A DNA stretch of 64,000 nt from a virus. The stretch is taken from positions 1-64,000 of the IMG/VR virus record IMGVR_UViG_3300042902_000064, one strand, 5' to 3'. Positions 46,493 through 55,565 of this stretch are shown here, in pieces. The notes under the pieces were generated by a model, which was not told the origin of the DNA, did not search any database, and saw only the letters and a program-made list of their open reading frames with translations. A program made the position numbers and the translations under genes. Each line of letters opens with the position of its first letter. Within the stretch, counting starts at the first letter, position 1.

Positions 46493-48169
46493 TTAAGCGT
46501 AAGCGCGGTCTGTTTCAGCAGTAGCTGTGATACTGATTGCCTTACTATCAATCAAGCCGCCTAGTGCAGTCGTAGCCACCACTACTGGTTTAGCTGAACC
46601 TGAATAACCAGCCACTAATGTCACTGCTGTATTTGTTCCACCAGTACGTTTACCACCTTCTGTTTGGTTCGTGAAATCGTAGTTAAATGGTACGGTAGTT
46701 GAACCAATAACTCCAGCAATATCAGCATTAGTTTTATCGCGTACAATCACCGCTGTTGCAGTACCCCAATCATTTGTAGAAGTAAGGTCTGAGTAATACA
46801 GCACAAACCAACCACCAACTAGATTAGACGAGAAGTTGAGTGAACCTGCCGATACAACACCATATTCACGTAAAGTAGCTGAGTTATCATAAAGCTGAAC
46901 CGTATTGATGTCCGCATCGGCCACACCTTCAATACTAACACCTGTACCACCACCTGCTAAGTTGATAGGAGCAAATACACCAGCTACCAATTTGGCTGTC
47001 CAGTTGAGCAATAGTGAAGCTGTTTTACCAACAACAGCAGTACCACCTGATACATCATTGATTGACGTAGCTTGGATTAACTTAGCTTGTACGAAAGAAT
47101 AAATCTCTTTCAGCGTTGCTGTTGATGCTACAGCTGGTTTGATAGTGAATGATAGGTTACTAAGTGTTCCAGTAATTGTTTCGTTAACAGTAATAACCGT
47201 AGCTGTAGGAGTACCTGAAATTGTATAAACACCTTTAGCTGTACCGCTGTCGTGAATCTCTACAGTACCACCAATGAAGTCTGCGCCTACAATACCACCA
47301 GTTGCTGATGTAATTGTTGTTCCACCAGCTACTGAACCATCAACACCAGAGTGAGTACCGTTATCAATGACGATACCAAATGCACGCTGTGTGCCTGCTA
47401 AATCTACATCACGATTAAATGCTGTGGCAAAGTAGTTAATACGCATCTTGTCGTATGGAGCGATAGGCGTAGTAATAATATCAGCATAAACACCACTAGA
47501 ATCTAAATCGTCTGAGTTTTGTAATAGTAAGTTTACAAGGTATGAACCAGTACCAGACTTACCTGTATCGGCTAATACTGAGCTTGAGTACTTTTTACCG
47601 TATACACGACAAAAACCCTGCATATAAGTGTTTTCAGTGAAGTTACCATTAGCAGCATCTCCGAATACTTGAACACCTAAGTTAGCGGCGTCAGTGTATT
47701 CAAAGTCTACTGGTGCGCCACCTGAAGTACGTTGGTAGTAAAGCTGAGCACCTGCAGATACTGTACCTAGAGATACTGTACCAGCGAAAGTAGCACCGAT
47801 TGTTCCTGCAACTGCCGTTCCATCTGCGCTTGGTGTTGTTGCTACATATTCATTCCAACCACCATCACGTAAGTACAAACGTGTACCAGTTGATAATGTG
47901 TCCCCAAACTTCCAAGTGTTATATCTAGTACCATCAAAGCCGATGTTGAACTGACCAGATAGAGCATCGATTGCGTATACAGGGAATGGAAATTCGTTGT
48001 ATGTTCCAGTTTCCCATAACTGGATTAGCTTTGAGTAGAGTGCTTGCCAAGTCACGCCATCTTTAGCAACTAAGTTACCTGCTACATTAAGTGTAATTGT
48101 ACGTGTGGTTGTATCTACAGTTAATTCTGTACCTACGTTTAAACCTGCCTTACTTGTAATTTTTGCCAT
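46493..48169 (-). CDS. hypothetical large protein (Gly/Thr/Ala/Val-rich, fibre- or spike-like)
   Basis: 558-aa ORF. The composition is typical of beta-structured virion proteins. Confidence 0.5.
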   Translation of the reverse strand: MAKITSKAGLNVGTELTVDTTTRTITLNVAGNLVAKDGVTWQALYSKLIQLWETGTYNEFPFPVYAIDALSGQFNIGFDGTRYNTWKFGDTLSTGTRLYLRDGGWNEYVATTPSADGTAVAGTIGATFAGTVSLGTVSAGAQLYYQRTSGGAPVDFEYTDAANLGVQVFGDAANGNFTENTYMQGFCRVYGKKYSSSVLADTGKSGTGSYLVNLLLQNSDDLDSSGVYADIITTPIAPYDKMRINYFATAFNRDVDLAGTQRAFGIVIDNGTHSGVDGSVAGGTTITSATGGIVGADFIGGTVEIHDSGTAKGVYTISGTPTATVITVNETITGTLSNLSFTIKPAVASTATLKEIYSFVQAKLIQATSINDVSGGTAVVGKTASLLLNWTAKLVAGVFAPINLAGGGTGVSIEGVADADINTVQLYDNSATLREYGVVSAGSLNFSSNLVGGWFVLYYSDLTSTNDWGTATAVIVRDKTNADIAGVIGSTTVPFNYDFTNQTEGGKRTGGTNTAVTLVAGYSGSAKPVVVATTALGGLIDSKAISITATAETDRAYA

Positions 48170-48173
48170 GTTG

Positions 48174-48356
48174 TTATACCTTTATAGTATCGATAATATA
48201 ATTGCTACTGATGAATCGCATACCACCATCGGGTAACGACATTGTTCTTTCTACTGGTACTACTACGCCATCATTAAACTTGACGGTTTTTACTAGGCTG
48301 TCAAACGTAAAACCTAAATGCTGTCTATCGGTTGTAGCTGTAATGCGCATCTTCAT
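48174..48356 (-). CDS. hypothetical small protein
   Basis: ORF in the track, overlapping the upstream stop. Confidence 0.4.
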   Translation of the reverse strand: MKMRITATTDRQHLGFTFDSLVKTVKFNDGVVVPVERTMSLPDGGMRFISSNYIIDTIKV

Positions 48357-49945
48357 ACATAAGTCCTGTCAACTGATTGGGCAATCGGTAACTCTGCTGT
48401 AGCACTACTAGTTAGAAGTAAGTTATATACTTGATAAGGTAGATAACCTGCTTTCATAATCTTAATATCAACATAAGTGCCGGGTGAGAATGTAAAGGAG
48501 TATCCGTATGAACTACCTGCATTTTGGTCAATATCAACTAACGGTGTATTAGTACCTGTTGTATTAATGATAATGTCTGAGCCAGTGAGCAAGCCTGTCA
48601 GTGTGAGCGTTGCTAATCCAGCTACTACGTTGATAGTTGCACCTGCACTTCTAATGCTTGGTACTGTCGCACCTGTAGCAACATTGACTGTTAATGTACC
48701 ACTCCCCACATTGACGAATAACGCTTCATTACCTGTGCTTGTTGGCGTTACGGGTGAGCCTGTTACACCAGCTACATAACTTGTAGCTGTACCGTCCCAT
48801 GTCATTGAGCCTCCACCAATACTGGTAAGCTCCACCGCATGGCTAGAACCGTCTGATACGAAGTCGCATGTTACTAAGTTAGATAATGCAGAAGTAACAA
48901 CTGCACTTGCCGCTGTAGTATTGCTAAATACTGACGATGTAATAACTGCACTATTTAACGTGACTACATCTGATTGTCTCCATGCACAACCAACAGCAGT
49001 AACCCCAGCTTGTAAGGTGCTTGTACCAAACTTAACGAAACTGCAACCATCTAAAGCAGATACCGTACTTGCATTGTTATAGACCAACTTGCCCTTGTTG
49101 TTTGTACCAACAGCTTCGATAGTGATGTTAGTTAGATTTACAATAGTTGAAGCATGGTCAATGATAATTTGAGTAAAATCAGTTTGACTATGTGGTGTAT
49201 CAACCAGTGTTATATTTTTATTTGAATCCGCAAAGTAAGCGAGAGTAGGCGTACCAGCACTGGATTGACCAATGACATAACGACCTTGCAGCTCATACGA
49301 TGAACCGGCGATGAGCGTTAATACACCCCAACGATTAGCAATGGCATTATCTATTGCTGCTGTACCTGAGAATGTAGCAGGTGAGCCAACATCACCAGCG
49401 GTGATATAAATACCAGTACCATAACGAATAGCAGATATACCTAAGTTAGCCCCCTTAACCGTACCTGTCTGGTTAGTCAGTGCACCGAAATAAACAGGTG
49501 TAGCTGTTGGTGTGCCTACTTTAGTTGAATAGGGAATTGAGCCTGTATTAGCTGTTGTATGGTATCTAACAGGATAACAACGACCTACACGACCTACCGC
49601 ACCGTATGTATCGTTACCTTCAACATGGAACTTCATGTATGCAGTCGTACTAGAACCGATAGCTACGGTTAAACCCCGTAATGCTAAAGTATCAGATAGT
49701 CCCGCTGTCGCTAGGTAAAGCCATGTAAAGATATGGTCATTAGCACCTAGTGTTGCAGAGCCGTTATACATCATGCCCTTTTCTGCTGCTGTAACCTGCT
49801 TATCTACGGCATTACTACCTTGCATAGCATAATCAGCACCTACGCCCAAACCAGACGCACCACCACCAAGAGCAGACCAGCCAGTTGTGGCAGTGATATT
49901 CTCAATGATTGCTGTTAAGTCTGTTGTATAACTAGCTACTGCCAT
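48353..49945 (-). CDS. hypothetical large protein with beta-helix-like short repeats
   Basis: 530 aa. It has repetitive V/I-x-N/T-x-T/S-I/V stretches in the style of a right-handed beta-helix. No catalytic motif recognised. Confidence 0.5.
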   Translation of the reverse strand: MAVASYTTDLTAIIENITATTGWSALGGGASGLGVGADYAMQGSNAVDKQVTAAEKGMMYNGSATLGANDHIFTWLYLATAGLSDTLALRGLTVAIGSSTTAYMKFHVEGNDTYGAVGRVGRCYPVRYHTTANTGSIPYSTKVGTPTATPVYFGALTNQTGTVKGANLGISAIRYGTGIYITAGDVGSPATFSGTAAIDNAIANRWGVLTLIAGSSYELQGRYVIGQSSAGTPTLAYFADSNKNITLVDTPHSQTDFTQIIIDHASTIVNLTNITIEAVGTNNKGKLVYNNASTVSALDGCSFVKFGTSTLQAGVTAVGCAWRQSDVVTLNSAVITSSVFSNTTAASAVVTSALSNLVTCDFVSDGSSHAVELTSIGGGSMTWDGTATSYVAGVTGSPVTPTSTGNEALFVNVGSGTLTVNVATGATVPSIRSAGATINVVAGLATLTLTGLLTGSDIIINTTGTNTPLVDIDQNAGSSYGYSFTFSPGTYVDIKIMKAGYLPYQVYNLLLTSSATAELPIAQSVDRTYV

Positions 49946-49962
49946 TAGTATTCCTTAGTAAG

Positions 49963-50538
49963 TTATCCATAGTTTAGGGTTGCTCTGTCATCCCATATAT
50001 TAAGGAATCCATCAGTGCCATTTACAAAATCTTCCGCAATATCATCGTTAGAGTTAGGATCAAATGTAATTCTAGATATACGCCAAACTGCTGCTGTTTC
50101 TAAAGCCCCAGGTGCTGCTACACCCTTATATATAAGAGTGTCTGAAACGAAATCTGTTCTTTTCTTATACATTACTTCTGCCTCATCAACATCTGTATTA
50201 GGTGGATCGTTATTTATTTCAATTATTAATTGTTGTGTAGTAAGCTGTACTTCCCCTAGGAAAGTACTTATAACTTCTAATGTGTTTGTTTCGTCTGTTA
50301 CTTCTATGATAGATGCAGCAGCCTGTGTAACTTCTAGGAAGGTACCTATGTTTTGCACTACTAGTTCAGTGTTGTTAGTTAGGAATTCTAAGTAGTTTCT
50401 TACATTAGCAACATCCACGCTTTGAGTAATATTTACTACCTCTAGCATGTTTTGTTCTAGTAGAACTACTAAATCGTTTATTGAAACAGTAGTGTCTATA
50501 TTATTAGGAGAAACTACTAAGTCAATAAGCTCTGCCAT
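49963..50538 (-). CDS. hypothetical protein
   Basis: ORF in the track. Confidence 0.5.
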   Translation of the reverse strand: MAELIDLVVSPNNIDTTVSINDLVVLLEQNMLEVVNITQSVDVANVRNYLEFLTNNTELVVQNIGTFLEVTQAAASIIEVTDETNTLEVISTFLGEVQLTTQQLIIEINNDPPNTDVDEAEVMYKKRTDFVSDTLIYKGVAAPGALETAAVWRISRITFDPNSNDDIAEDFVNGTDGFLNIWDDRATLNYG

Positions 50539-50539
50539 T

Positions 50540-50902
50540 TTAAGTACCTAAGTCTATAGTTATTATACCTGTAAGCTCTCTAGAGGCTTGTTCTCCTGCG
50601 GGAGTAAGGTAGAAGTTATATATACCTCTAGTCCATGTAAAAGCATTTATTGCTGCTTCTGTTATGGTAAAGGTTATATTATTAGCCCCTATTCCTAAAG
50701 ATATACCACCATTCTCAGTAGTTAACTCCATTAGTGCTGTTGTAGCGCTATTCTTTGATTTGACTGTTAATCTACCTGTATAACCAGATAAATCCATAGC
50801 TACCTTAGAAGAGTCTTTCTTTGTCATTACTTGAGTAAAGCCAGCACCCTGTTCTAGAATTATGTCTAGGGATGCGGCTTTAGCCGATATCGTCTTTGCC
50901 AT
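50540..50902 (-). CDS. hypothetical protein
   Basis: ORF in the track. Confidence 0.5.
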   Translation of the reverse strand: MAKTISAKAASLDIILEQGAGFTQVMTKKDSSKVAMDLSGYTGRLTVKSKNSATTALMELTTENGGISLGIGANNITFTITEAAINAFTWTRGIYNFYLTPAGEQASRELTGIITIDLGT

Positions 50903-51243
50903 TAAGCGTTCCTTTCGAAGTGGTTGCCATCAGGTCTAGAGAAGTCTCCTCCCCACCTGTTGTTAGGGCTTAAACCTTTCCAGAACTCTCCTAGCTCTCT
51001 ATATGCTTTAGTATCAGTACGATACTCACCATCTATAAATAAGTTTAAATCTATAGCTAGTCTTTGTGTATGTAGGCTGTTCTTTATACCGGAACCTTTC
51101 TTAGCGTTTAATGCTGCTTGCTCTGGTGTTCTATAAAGTTCTGCGCCAGTTAGCTTATAATCTTTAGCAGGTCTGTGATCTGCATAGTATATAAGTGCCG
51201 CTACGTCTTTTAAGAATTCCCACTGTTCATTTGATAAGCTCAT
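50902..51243 (-). CDS. peptidase M15 (VanY / L-alanyl-D-glutamate peptidase-like) endolysin
   Basis: SLHTQRLAIDL (H...D) and GGDF...DGNHFE (His) are the Zn-ligand motifs of M15 cell-wall peptidases. The T5 endolysin belongs to this family. Confidence 0.7.
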   Translation of the reverse strand: MSLSNEQWEFLKDVAALIYYADHRPAKDYKLTGAELYRTPEQAALNAKKGSGIKNSLHTQRLAIDLNLFIDGEYRTDTKAYRELGEFWKGLSPNNRWGGDFSRPDGNHFERNA

Positions 51244-51256
51244 TTTTAAGCTCCAG

Positions 51257-51505
51257 TTATTCGTCCATTACTTCTACTATAGTACTTGCTTGAAATAGGA
51301 AAGTATTAATCCCTGGAGCAATTACTGTCATAGAACCTGCTACTAGTGTCGCAATGGGCCCTGCACCATCAATTTGGTAAGTTGCTATTGTACCTACTCT
51401 AATAGCTAGTACCGTAGATACGTCTAAGCTATTAGCCGCCGTTACTATTCTATTTGGAGCAAATCCTTGAAAGACTTCTCCATGATTTTTAACTGCGCCA
51501 GTCAT
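51257..51505 (-). CDS. hypothetical small protein
   Basis: ORF in the track. Confidence 0.45.
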   Translation of the reverse strand: MTGAVKNHGEVFQGFAPNRIVTAANSLDVSTVLAIRVGTIATYQIDGAGPIATLVAGSMTVIAPGINTFLFQASTIVEVMDE

Positions 51506-51861
51506 TACTCAACTTCGCCCATGATTTCAATAGTTACAATCTCGTCTGCTGCTGTAACTGTTGTAGCTGTAATTCTTACTGCTGTAACTGGTGCTGTTAG
51601 TGCTGCTAGAGATGCTGTGTTAGACGCTGTTCCACCACTAATCCAACTTGCTGTGTCTGCACCAATAAGTGCTATATCAGAGATACTGTATTTTACCTCG
51701 CTAGTAGAGGCGCCAGCCATAACTAGTGCTATCTTAGCATTTTTAATATCATTAGGGAGCACAATTACGTTACCTACTACAGTGTTTGCATTTACCGTAA
51801 TTGTTTCTTTGTAAGTATAGACCTTATTAGATCCTGATTTATTCATTTTTACTATTGCCAT
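51505..51861 (-). CDS. hypothetical small protein, first gene after a consensus promoter
   Basis: ORF in the track, with the strong promoter at 51918-51946 upstream. Confidence 0.5.
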   Translation of the reverse strand: MAIVKMNKSGSNKVYTYKETITVNANTVVGNVIVLPNDIKNAKIALVMAGASTSEVKYSISDIALIGADTASWISGGTASNTASLAALTAPVTAVRITATTVTAADEIVTIEIMGEVE

Positions 51862-51917
51862 GTCTATCTTCCTTTGTGGATTGAAAAATTATGGTGTGAA
51901 TACACCTAATTACCTTT

Positions 51918-51946
51918 ATTATACTTATATTTGTTACAAATGTCAA
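51918..51946 (-). promoter_or_regulatory. perfect sigma-70 consensus promoter (TTGACA-17-TATAAT)
   Basis: On the - strand: TTGACA (51946-51941), 17-nt spacer, TATAAT (51923-51918). Confidence 0.75.
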
Positions 51947-51979
51947 GCGTCAAATAAGAATTTTACTTCCTACACAAAC

Positions 51980-52003
51980 AAAAAAGCCTACAATTAAGTA
52001 GGC
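51980..52003 (-). terminator. rho-independent terminator
   Basis: On the - strand: GCCTAC-ttaatt-GTAGGC followed by T6. It overlaps the stop codon of 51994-52200. Confidence 0.65.
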
Positions 52004-52200
52004 CTAGTTTTGCTCTTCTTGCTGAAAGTTCCATTCCCCATCGGTAGCCCTTTAAAAAGCTTGGGAGCAGAAACTTGCTGGATTTGGTCTTCTTCAGTAG
52101 CCCCGCAGTGTGGGCACAGTGGAACATCTATAGCAATACTTCGTATTAAAGCTTCATACACTGTATCACATTTCTTACATTTAAAGTCGAACATTGGCAT
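51994..52200 (-). CDS. FmdB-like zinc-ribbon protein
   Basis: MPMFDFKCKKCDTVYE ... CPHCGA matches the pattern MP.YEY.C..CG..FE...CP.CG. Confidence 0.55.
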   Translation of the reverse strand: MPMFDFKCKKCDTVYEALIRSIAIDVPLCPHCGATEEDQIQQVSAPKLFKGLPMGNGTFSKKSKTRPT

Positions 52201-52201
52201 A

Positions 52202-52804
52202 TTATATCTCCCACTTATTAGACTTGGTTAAGTTTTCAGTTGCAGTAATTACTTGAATGTTGTCTGCACAGTGTAGCCCAGAAACTAGGTTGCCTTGTAG
52301 CGGAACTATATGGTCTACATGGTACTTAACGCCAGTTAATTCTTCTAAGTGTTTAGCGTGACTGTAGGCTTCTGATAGTACAAAGTCGTCGAGCTCTGAG
52401 AACCAGCATGGGATCGCCTGTAGTTTTGCTGCTCTTCTTTTTGCCTGCAGTGCATTAATCTTATCTTTATTATTATTCCTATATTCGGAATGTACTAAGC
52501 TTATCGCTTCTTTATTTTCCTGATAGTAATTATGTTTCCTAATAGATATGATTTTCTTGTTCTCTTCCTCGTAGCGAACAGCATTAGCACGAACAGCTTC
52601 CTTGTTTTCTGCCTTATATTTTACTTGGTATTTAGCTGCCTGTACTTTATTTCTCTGGTAGCTTTCTTTCCTGTTATCTAAGTGACACACTCGACAGTTA
52701 GCTGTTACTCCGGATTTAGTTGTAGAACTTTTAGTAAATAAATCAAAGGTCTTAACTTCCCCACACTTCTTACAGGCTTTACTTTTACTTATATCTATTT
52801 CCAT
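52202..52804 (-). CDS. HNH homing-type endonuclease (copy 2)
   Basis: Same architecture as 39466-40110. The C-terminus YHVDHIVPLQGNLVSGLHCADNIQVITATENLTKSNKWE is nearly identical to copy 1. Confidence 0.8.
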   Translation of the reverse strand: MEIDISKSKACKKCGEVKTFDLFTKSSTTKSGVTANCRVCHLDNRKESYQRNKVQAAKYQVKYKAENKEAVRANAVRYEEENKKIISIRKHNYYQENKEAISLVHSEYRNNNKDKINALQAKRRAAKLQAIPCWFSELDDFVLSEAYSHAKHLEELTGVKYHVDHIVPLQGNLVSGLHCADNIQVITATENLTKSNKWEI

Positions 52805-52821
52805 CTTATTACCTTTAAAGT

Positions 52822-54114
52822 TTATTCAGTTAAGTTAGGTGCATAGGAGTAAATCATATACCTTATCGCATCCGCCATGTGACTGTATTCGTTGTGTTTC
52901 GGCTTTTCCCTTTCAAGACCTGTTTTAGACTCCCAGCTATAGTTATTCAATGCAGCAATACATTTAACACATCTAGGGTCTACCTTAAGTCTATCATTAT
53001 CTATAAGCGAAGCTACGAAACCAATACCGTCTAGAACAGACTTATTACTTTTAATAGTTGTAATATCGTATGTCATTGCCAAGTCCGCACGCGTCTGGGC
53101 TGCTGCGGAGTCTATGTAGAAGAGATCGATATCCCACTTCTCCATCAACACATGTATTCTCTCAGCATGTGCTTCAGTAGATTTTTGCACCATTTCATAC
53201 TCATCTACAATATAGATATTATACCCGTCTGTAACGGCGACACAAACAGCTGTAGGATCCTTGTACCCCATATCTATCCCGCCAATTACGTCCGAAACGC
53301 CTAACATGCTAAGGTCTATATTAGTAACCATAGTTTCTGTATTAAACGCCCATATTTTTCCTTGTAAAACACTGAAGTCAGCATAGTACTCCTGCCTCCA
53401 TTCCGCATCGCTCATCGACTTCTGAGCTGCTAGAATGTCTGCTTCTAATGCTCTAGGGTTTTCATGCCAATCTGCATGTATAGTAACCCAGTCCGAAAAC
53501 TCCTCGGAAAAGCCTCTATCAAAAACAGTACTAAACCAGTTTTTACCACGAGGCGTACTAATAAAGATACACTTGCTGTTTAGCTTATCTAGTGTTGGAC
53601 GTAGTTGTATATTGAAAGCATCGCCTCCCTTATCGGCGAGGGCAGCTTCATCAAATATAATAAGATCATACGATCTACCAACAACGGAATCAGGCTGACT
53701 AACAGACCCGACACGAATTGTACTACCATTAGTAAGTTCGATAATCTTGTCTTTAGCATTTGATTTGTCCAGCTCTATGTCGAACCTACGAAGTAGTCCC
53801 TTCTGTAGATCCCAAGAAATTGTTGATAGTGAGTAGTTCGGTGCCATTATAAGTACGTTAGCCCCAGGAACTAATGATACTAGGTTCCCTACTACGTTGG
53901 ATATAAATGTCTTACCCACACGTCTACTAAGACATGCAGTTATAAAACGATACTTTGGGTCATTTACAGCGTTTATAACAGCTATCTGAGGAGCATTAGG
54001 TTTAATATCTAACATTGGTAGATAGTTTTCTATTGGGAGCTTTAAGAACCTATCGTTAATATCACGAAGGACAATCTCATCACTTCTTACGTCTGGTCTA
54101 CTTATCGTTAGCAT
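52822..54114 (-). CDS. terminase large subunit
   Basis: Walker A-like CLSRRVGKTF, Walker B LIIFDEAA, and a C-terminal RNase H-like nuclease (GGIDMGYKDPTA, YIDSAA). Confidence 0.85.
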   Translation of the reverse strand: MLTISRPDVRSDEIVLRDINDRFLKLPIENYLPMLDIKPNAPQIAVINAVNDPKYRFITACLSRRVGKTFISNVVGNLVSLVPGANVLIMAPNYSLSTISWDLQKGLLRRFDIELDKSNAKDKIIELTNGSTIRVGSVSQPDSVVGRSYDLIIFDEAALADKGGDAFNIQLRPTLDKLNSKCIFISTPRGKNWFSTVFDRGFSEEFSDWVTIHADWHENPRALEADILAAQKSMSDAEWRQEYYADFSVLQGKIWAFNTETMVTNIDLSMLGVSDVIGGIDMGYKDPTAVCVAVTDGYNIYIVDEYEMVQKSTEAHAERIHVLMEKWDIDLFYIDSAAAQTRADLAMTYDITTIKSNKSVLDGIGFVASLIDNDRLKVDPRCVKCIAALNNYSWESKTGLEREKPKHNEYSHMADAIRYMIYSYAPNLTE

Positions 54115-54146
54115 GTGTAGCCCTCATATATAAGTCGGATTTCATG

Positions 54147-54365
54147 CTATTCATCTTCTACCCCAAAATCAGGTTCGTCTATCCCACCATACGCTAGCAT
54201 TAAATAATACTCTTCTTCATTTCCATCAAATAGACTAAGTTCAAAACTACTATTTAATACTGCTAGCTCTTCTGCTACTTCTAATATAGTAAACATTATA
54301 CGGTCGCCAATATATAAGCTAAACCAAATATCCCTATATAAGCGGAATAAGGCACCGCTATACAC
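54147..54365 (-). CDS. hypothetical small acidic protein
   Basis: ORF in the track. The start is uncertain: either GTG 54365 or ATG 54296. Confidence 0.35.
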   Translation of the reverse strand: MYSGALFRLYRDIWFSLYIGDRIMFTILEVAEELAVLNSSFELSLFDGNEEEYYLMLAYGGIDEPDFGVEDE

Positions 54366-54392
54366 CCTAAGCTTATTAAGATTATTATATAC

Positions 54393-54941
54393 CTATCCAT
54401 TGTTCTTCCCACCTATAATTTGCTGTAGTAAAGAACCGTAGTTTGATGATACAGAGTCCCCAACATTGGTAATTTGTACTGCCGTTCCAACCTTAGTTCT
54501 GCCTAAAGCTTCAACTTCTAGTATTTTAAGTTGCATTTTCATTTCTTCCATTCTCATTTTATGCGCAGCTAGGAGAAGTTCTGAAATATCTTTACTACTG
54601 ACTAGTTCTGTTTCCTCCATCTCCGCCAGCTTAGCGTCGATGACGCTAGACATGGCGTTACTTATGCGACTTCTATTCATATATCCTTGGTCTAGGAAGG
54701 CTTGGTCTACTACCGTGCGTACAGATTTATGACGCATCATTTTTGTGACTTCTTCTAGAGACATACGCATTAGTTTACCTGTCTCTTTTAAATCTAGGCA
54801 TGATAAATAACACTTAGCAAATTCTAAGTGTTCAGGTGATATATTGAACTCTTCGTCTAAGACTGTTGGTTCAGGGCGACTAGAGGGCATTATCTCTAGT
54901 GAGGAATTTTGAGGTTGTGTATCGTAGTTGTCTTCTAACAT
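54393..54941 (-). CDS. putative terminase small subunit
   Basis: Sits upstream of TerL, is helical, and is the first gene after the consensus promoter. I place the start at ATG 54941, because the track start at 55001 is a TTG inside the -35 box. Confidence 0.45.
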   Translation of the reverse strand: MLEDNYDTQPQNSSLEIMPSSRPEPTVLDEEFNISPEHLEFAKCYLSCLDLKETGKLMRMSLEEVTKMMRHKSVRTVVDQAFLDQGYMNRSRISNAMSSVIDAKLAEMEETELVSSKDISELLLAAHKMRMEEMKMQLKILEVEALGRTKVGTAVQITNVGDSVSSNYGSLLQQIIGGKNNG

Positions 54942-54972
54942 GTTTTTTCCAGTATATTTAATTAATACGACC

Positions 54973-55001
54973 ATTATACAACAAGTGTGTGCGAATGTCA
55001 A
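54973..55001 (-). promoter_or_regulatory. perfect sigma-70 consensus promoter (TTGACA-17-TATAAT)
   Basis: On the - strand: TTGACA (55001-54996), 17-nt spacer, TATAAT (54978-54973). Confidence 0.75.
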
Positions 55002-55329
55002 GAAAAATATTTTTGTACCACATAAGTGTATCGATATTTTATTACTTTTTGAAATTGTGGGAGGTATGGTAGGGAGGGGAAGGATTAACGAAGTTGTAAA
55101 TCTCGGGAAACTTTGATAATTTTTTGAGGATTGGGGTGTTTGGTGTTGTGGAAGACAAGTCTCGGTAGCTTTCGCTTATTGGTGGCGGTTGTTGGAAACA
55201 AGGGAAGATTAGGGCATTTGTATTGATGTGTATAGATAGACCTTTCTTATAAAACGAAAAAATCCAAATGGTTTACGCGCGGGTGGGCTCTCCTGCAAGA
55301 ACTGTGCCATGTCTGATAACCGCCCCCAT

Positions 55330-55457
55330 TGGCACGGATCTTGCTAGGGATTCCAGATGGCACGGATCTTGCTAGGGATTCCAGATGGCATGGATCTTGC
55401 TAGGGATTCCAGATGGCATGGATCTTGCTAGGGATTCCAGATGGCATGGATCTTGCC
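55330..55457 (+). repeat. tandem array of 4.5 x 28 bp, each unit carrying a sigma-54 -24/-12-like core
   Basis: Unit: ggca(c/t)ggatcttgctagggattccagat. Cores TGGCA(C/T)GGATCTTGC(T/C) lie at 55330, 55358, 55386, 55414 and 55442. Every unit contains a GATC. Confidence 0.9.
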
Positions 55458-55533
55458 CACGGCATGAGAATTTACACTAACAAAGCTAGGTTGTAACACC
55501 TTGATTTATAAGGAGTTTTTAAGATTTGCGCTG

Positions 55534-55565
55534 ATTTGCGCAAATTTTCGGCTGGTCGAAAATTT
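55534..55565. promoter_or_regulatory. palindrome ATTTGCGCAAAT plus an adjacent 9-bp-stem hairpin, flanked by 19-bp direct repeats
   Basis: atttgcgcaaat at 55534-55545. aaattttcg-gctggt-cgaaaattt at 55542-55565. Direct repeats ttgatttataagga(g/c)tttt at 55501 and 55572. Confidence 0.5.

Noticed and set aside
44200-49950. Compositional island (higher GC) as proof of horizontal acquisition
   Set aside because: My spot counts gave only a modest difference, roughly 37-48 percent per line versus about 35 percent elsewhere. It needs a proper sliding-window calculation.
55050-55085. G-quadruplex call in gtgggaggtatggtagggaggggaagg
   Set aside because: The G-runs are short and irregular. I cannot evaluate their stability without a predictor, so I report only the G/C skew.
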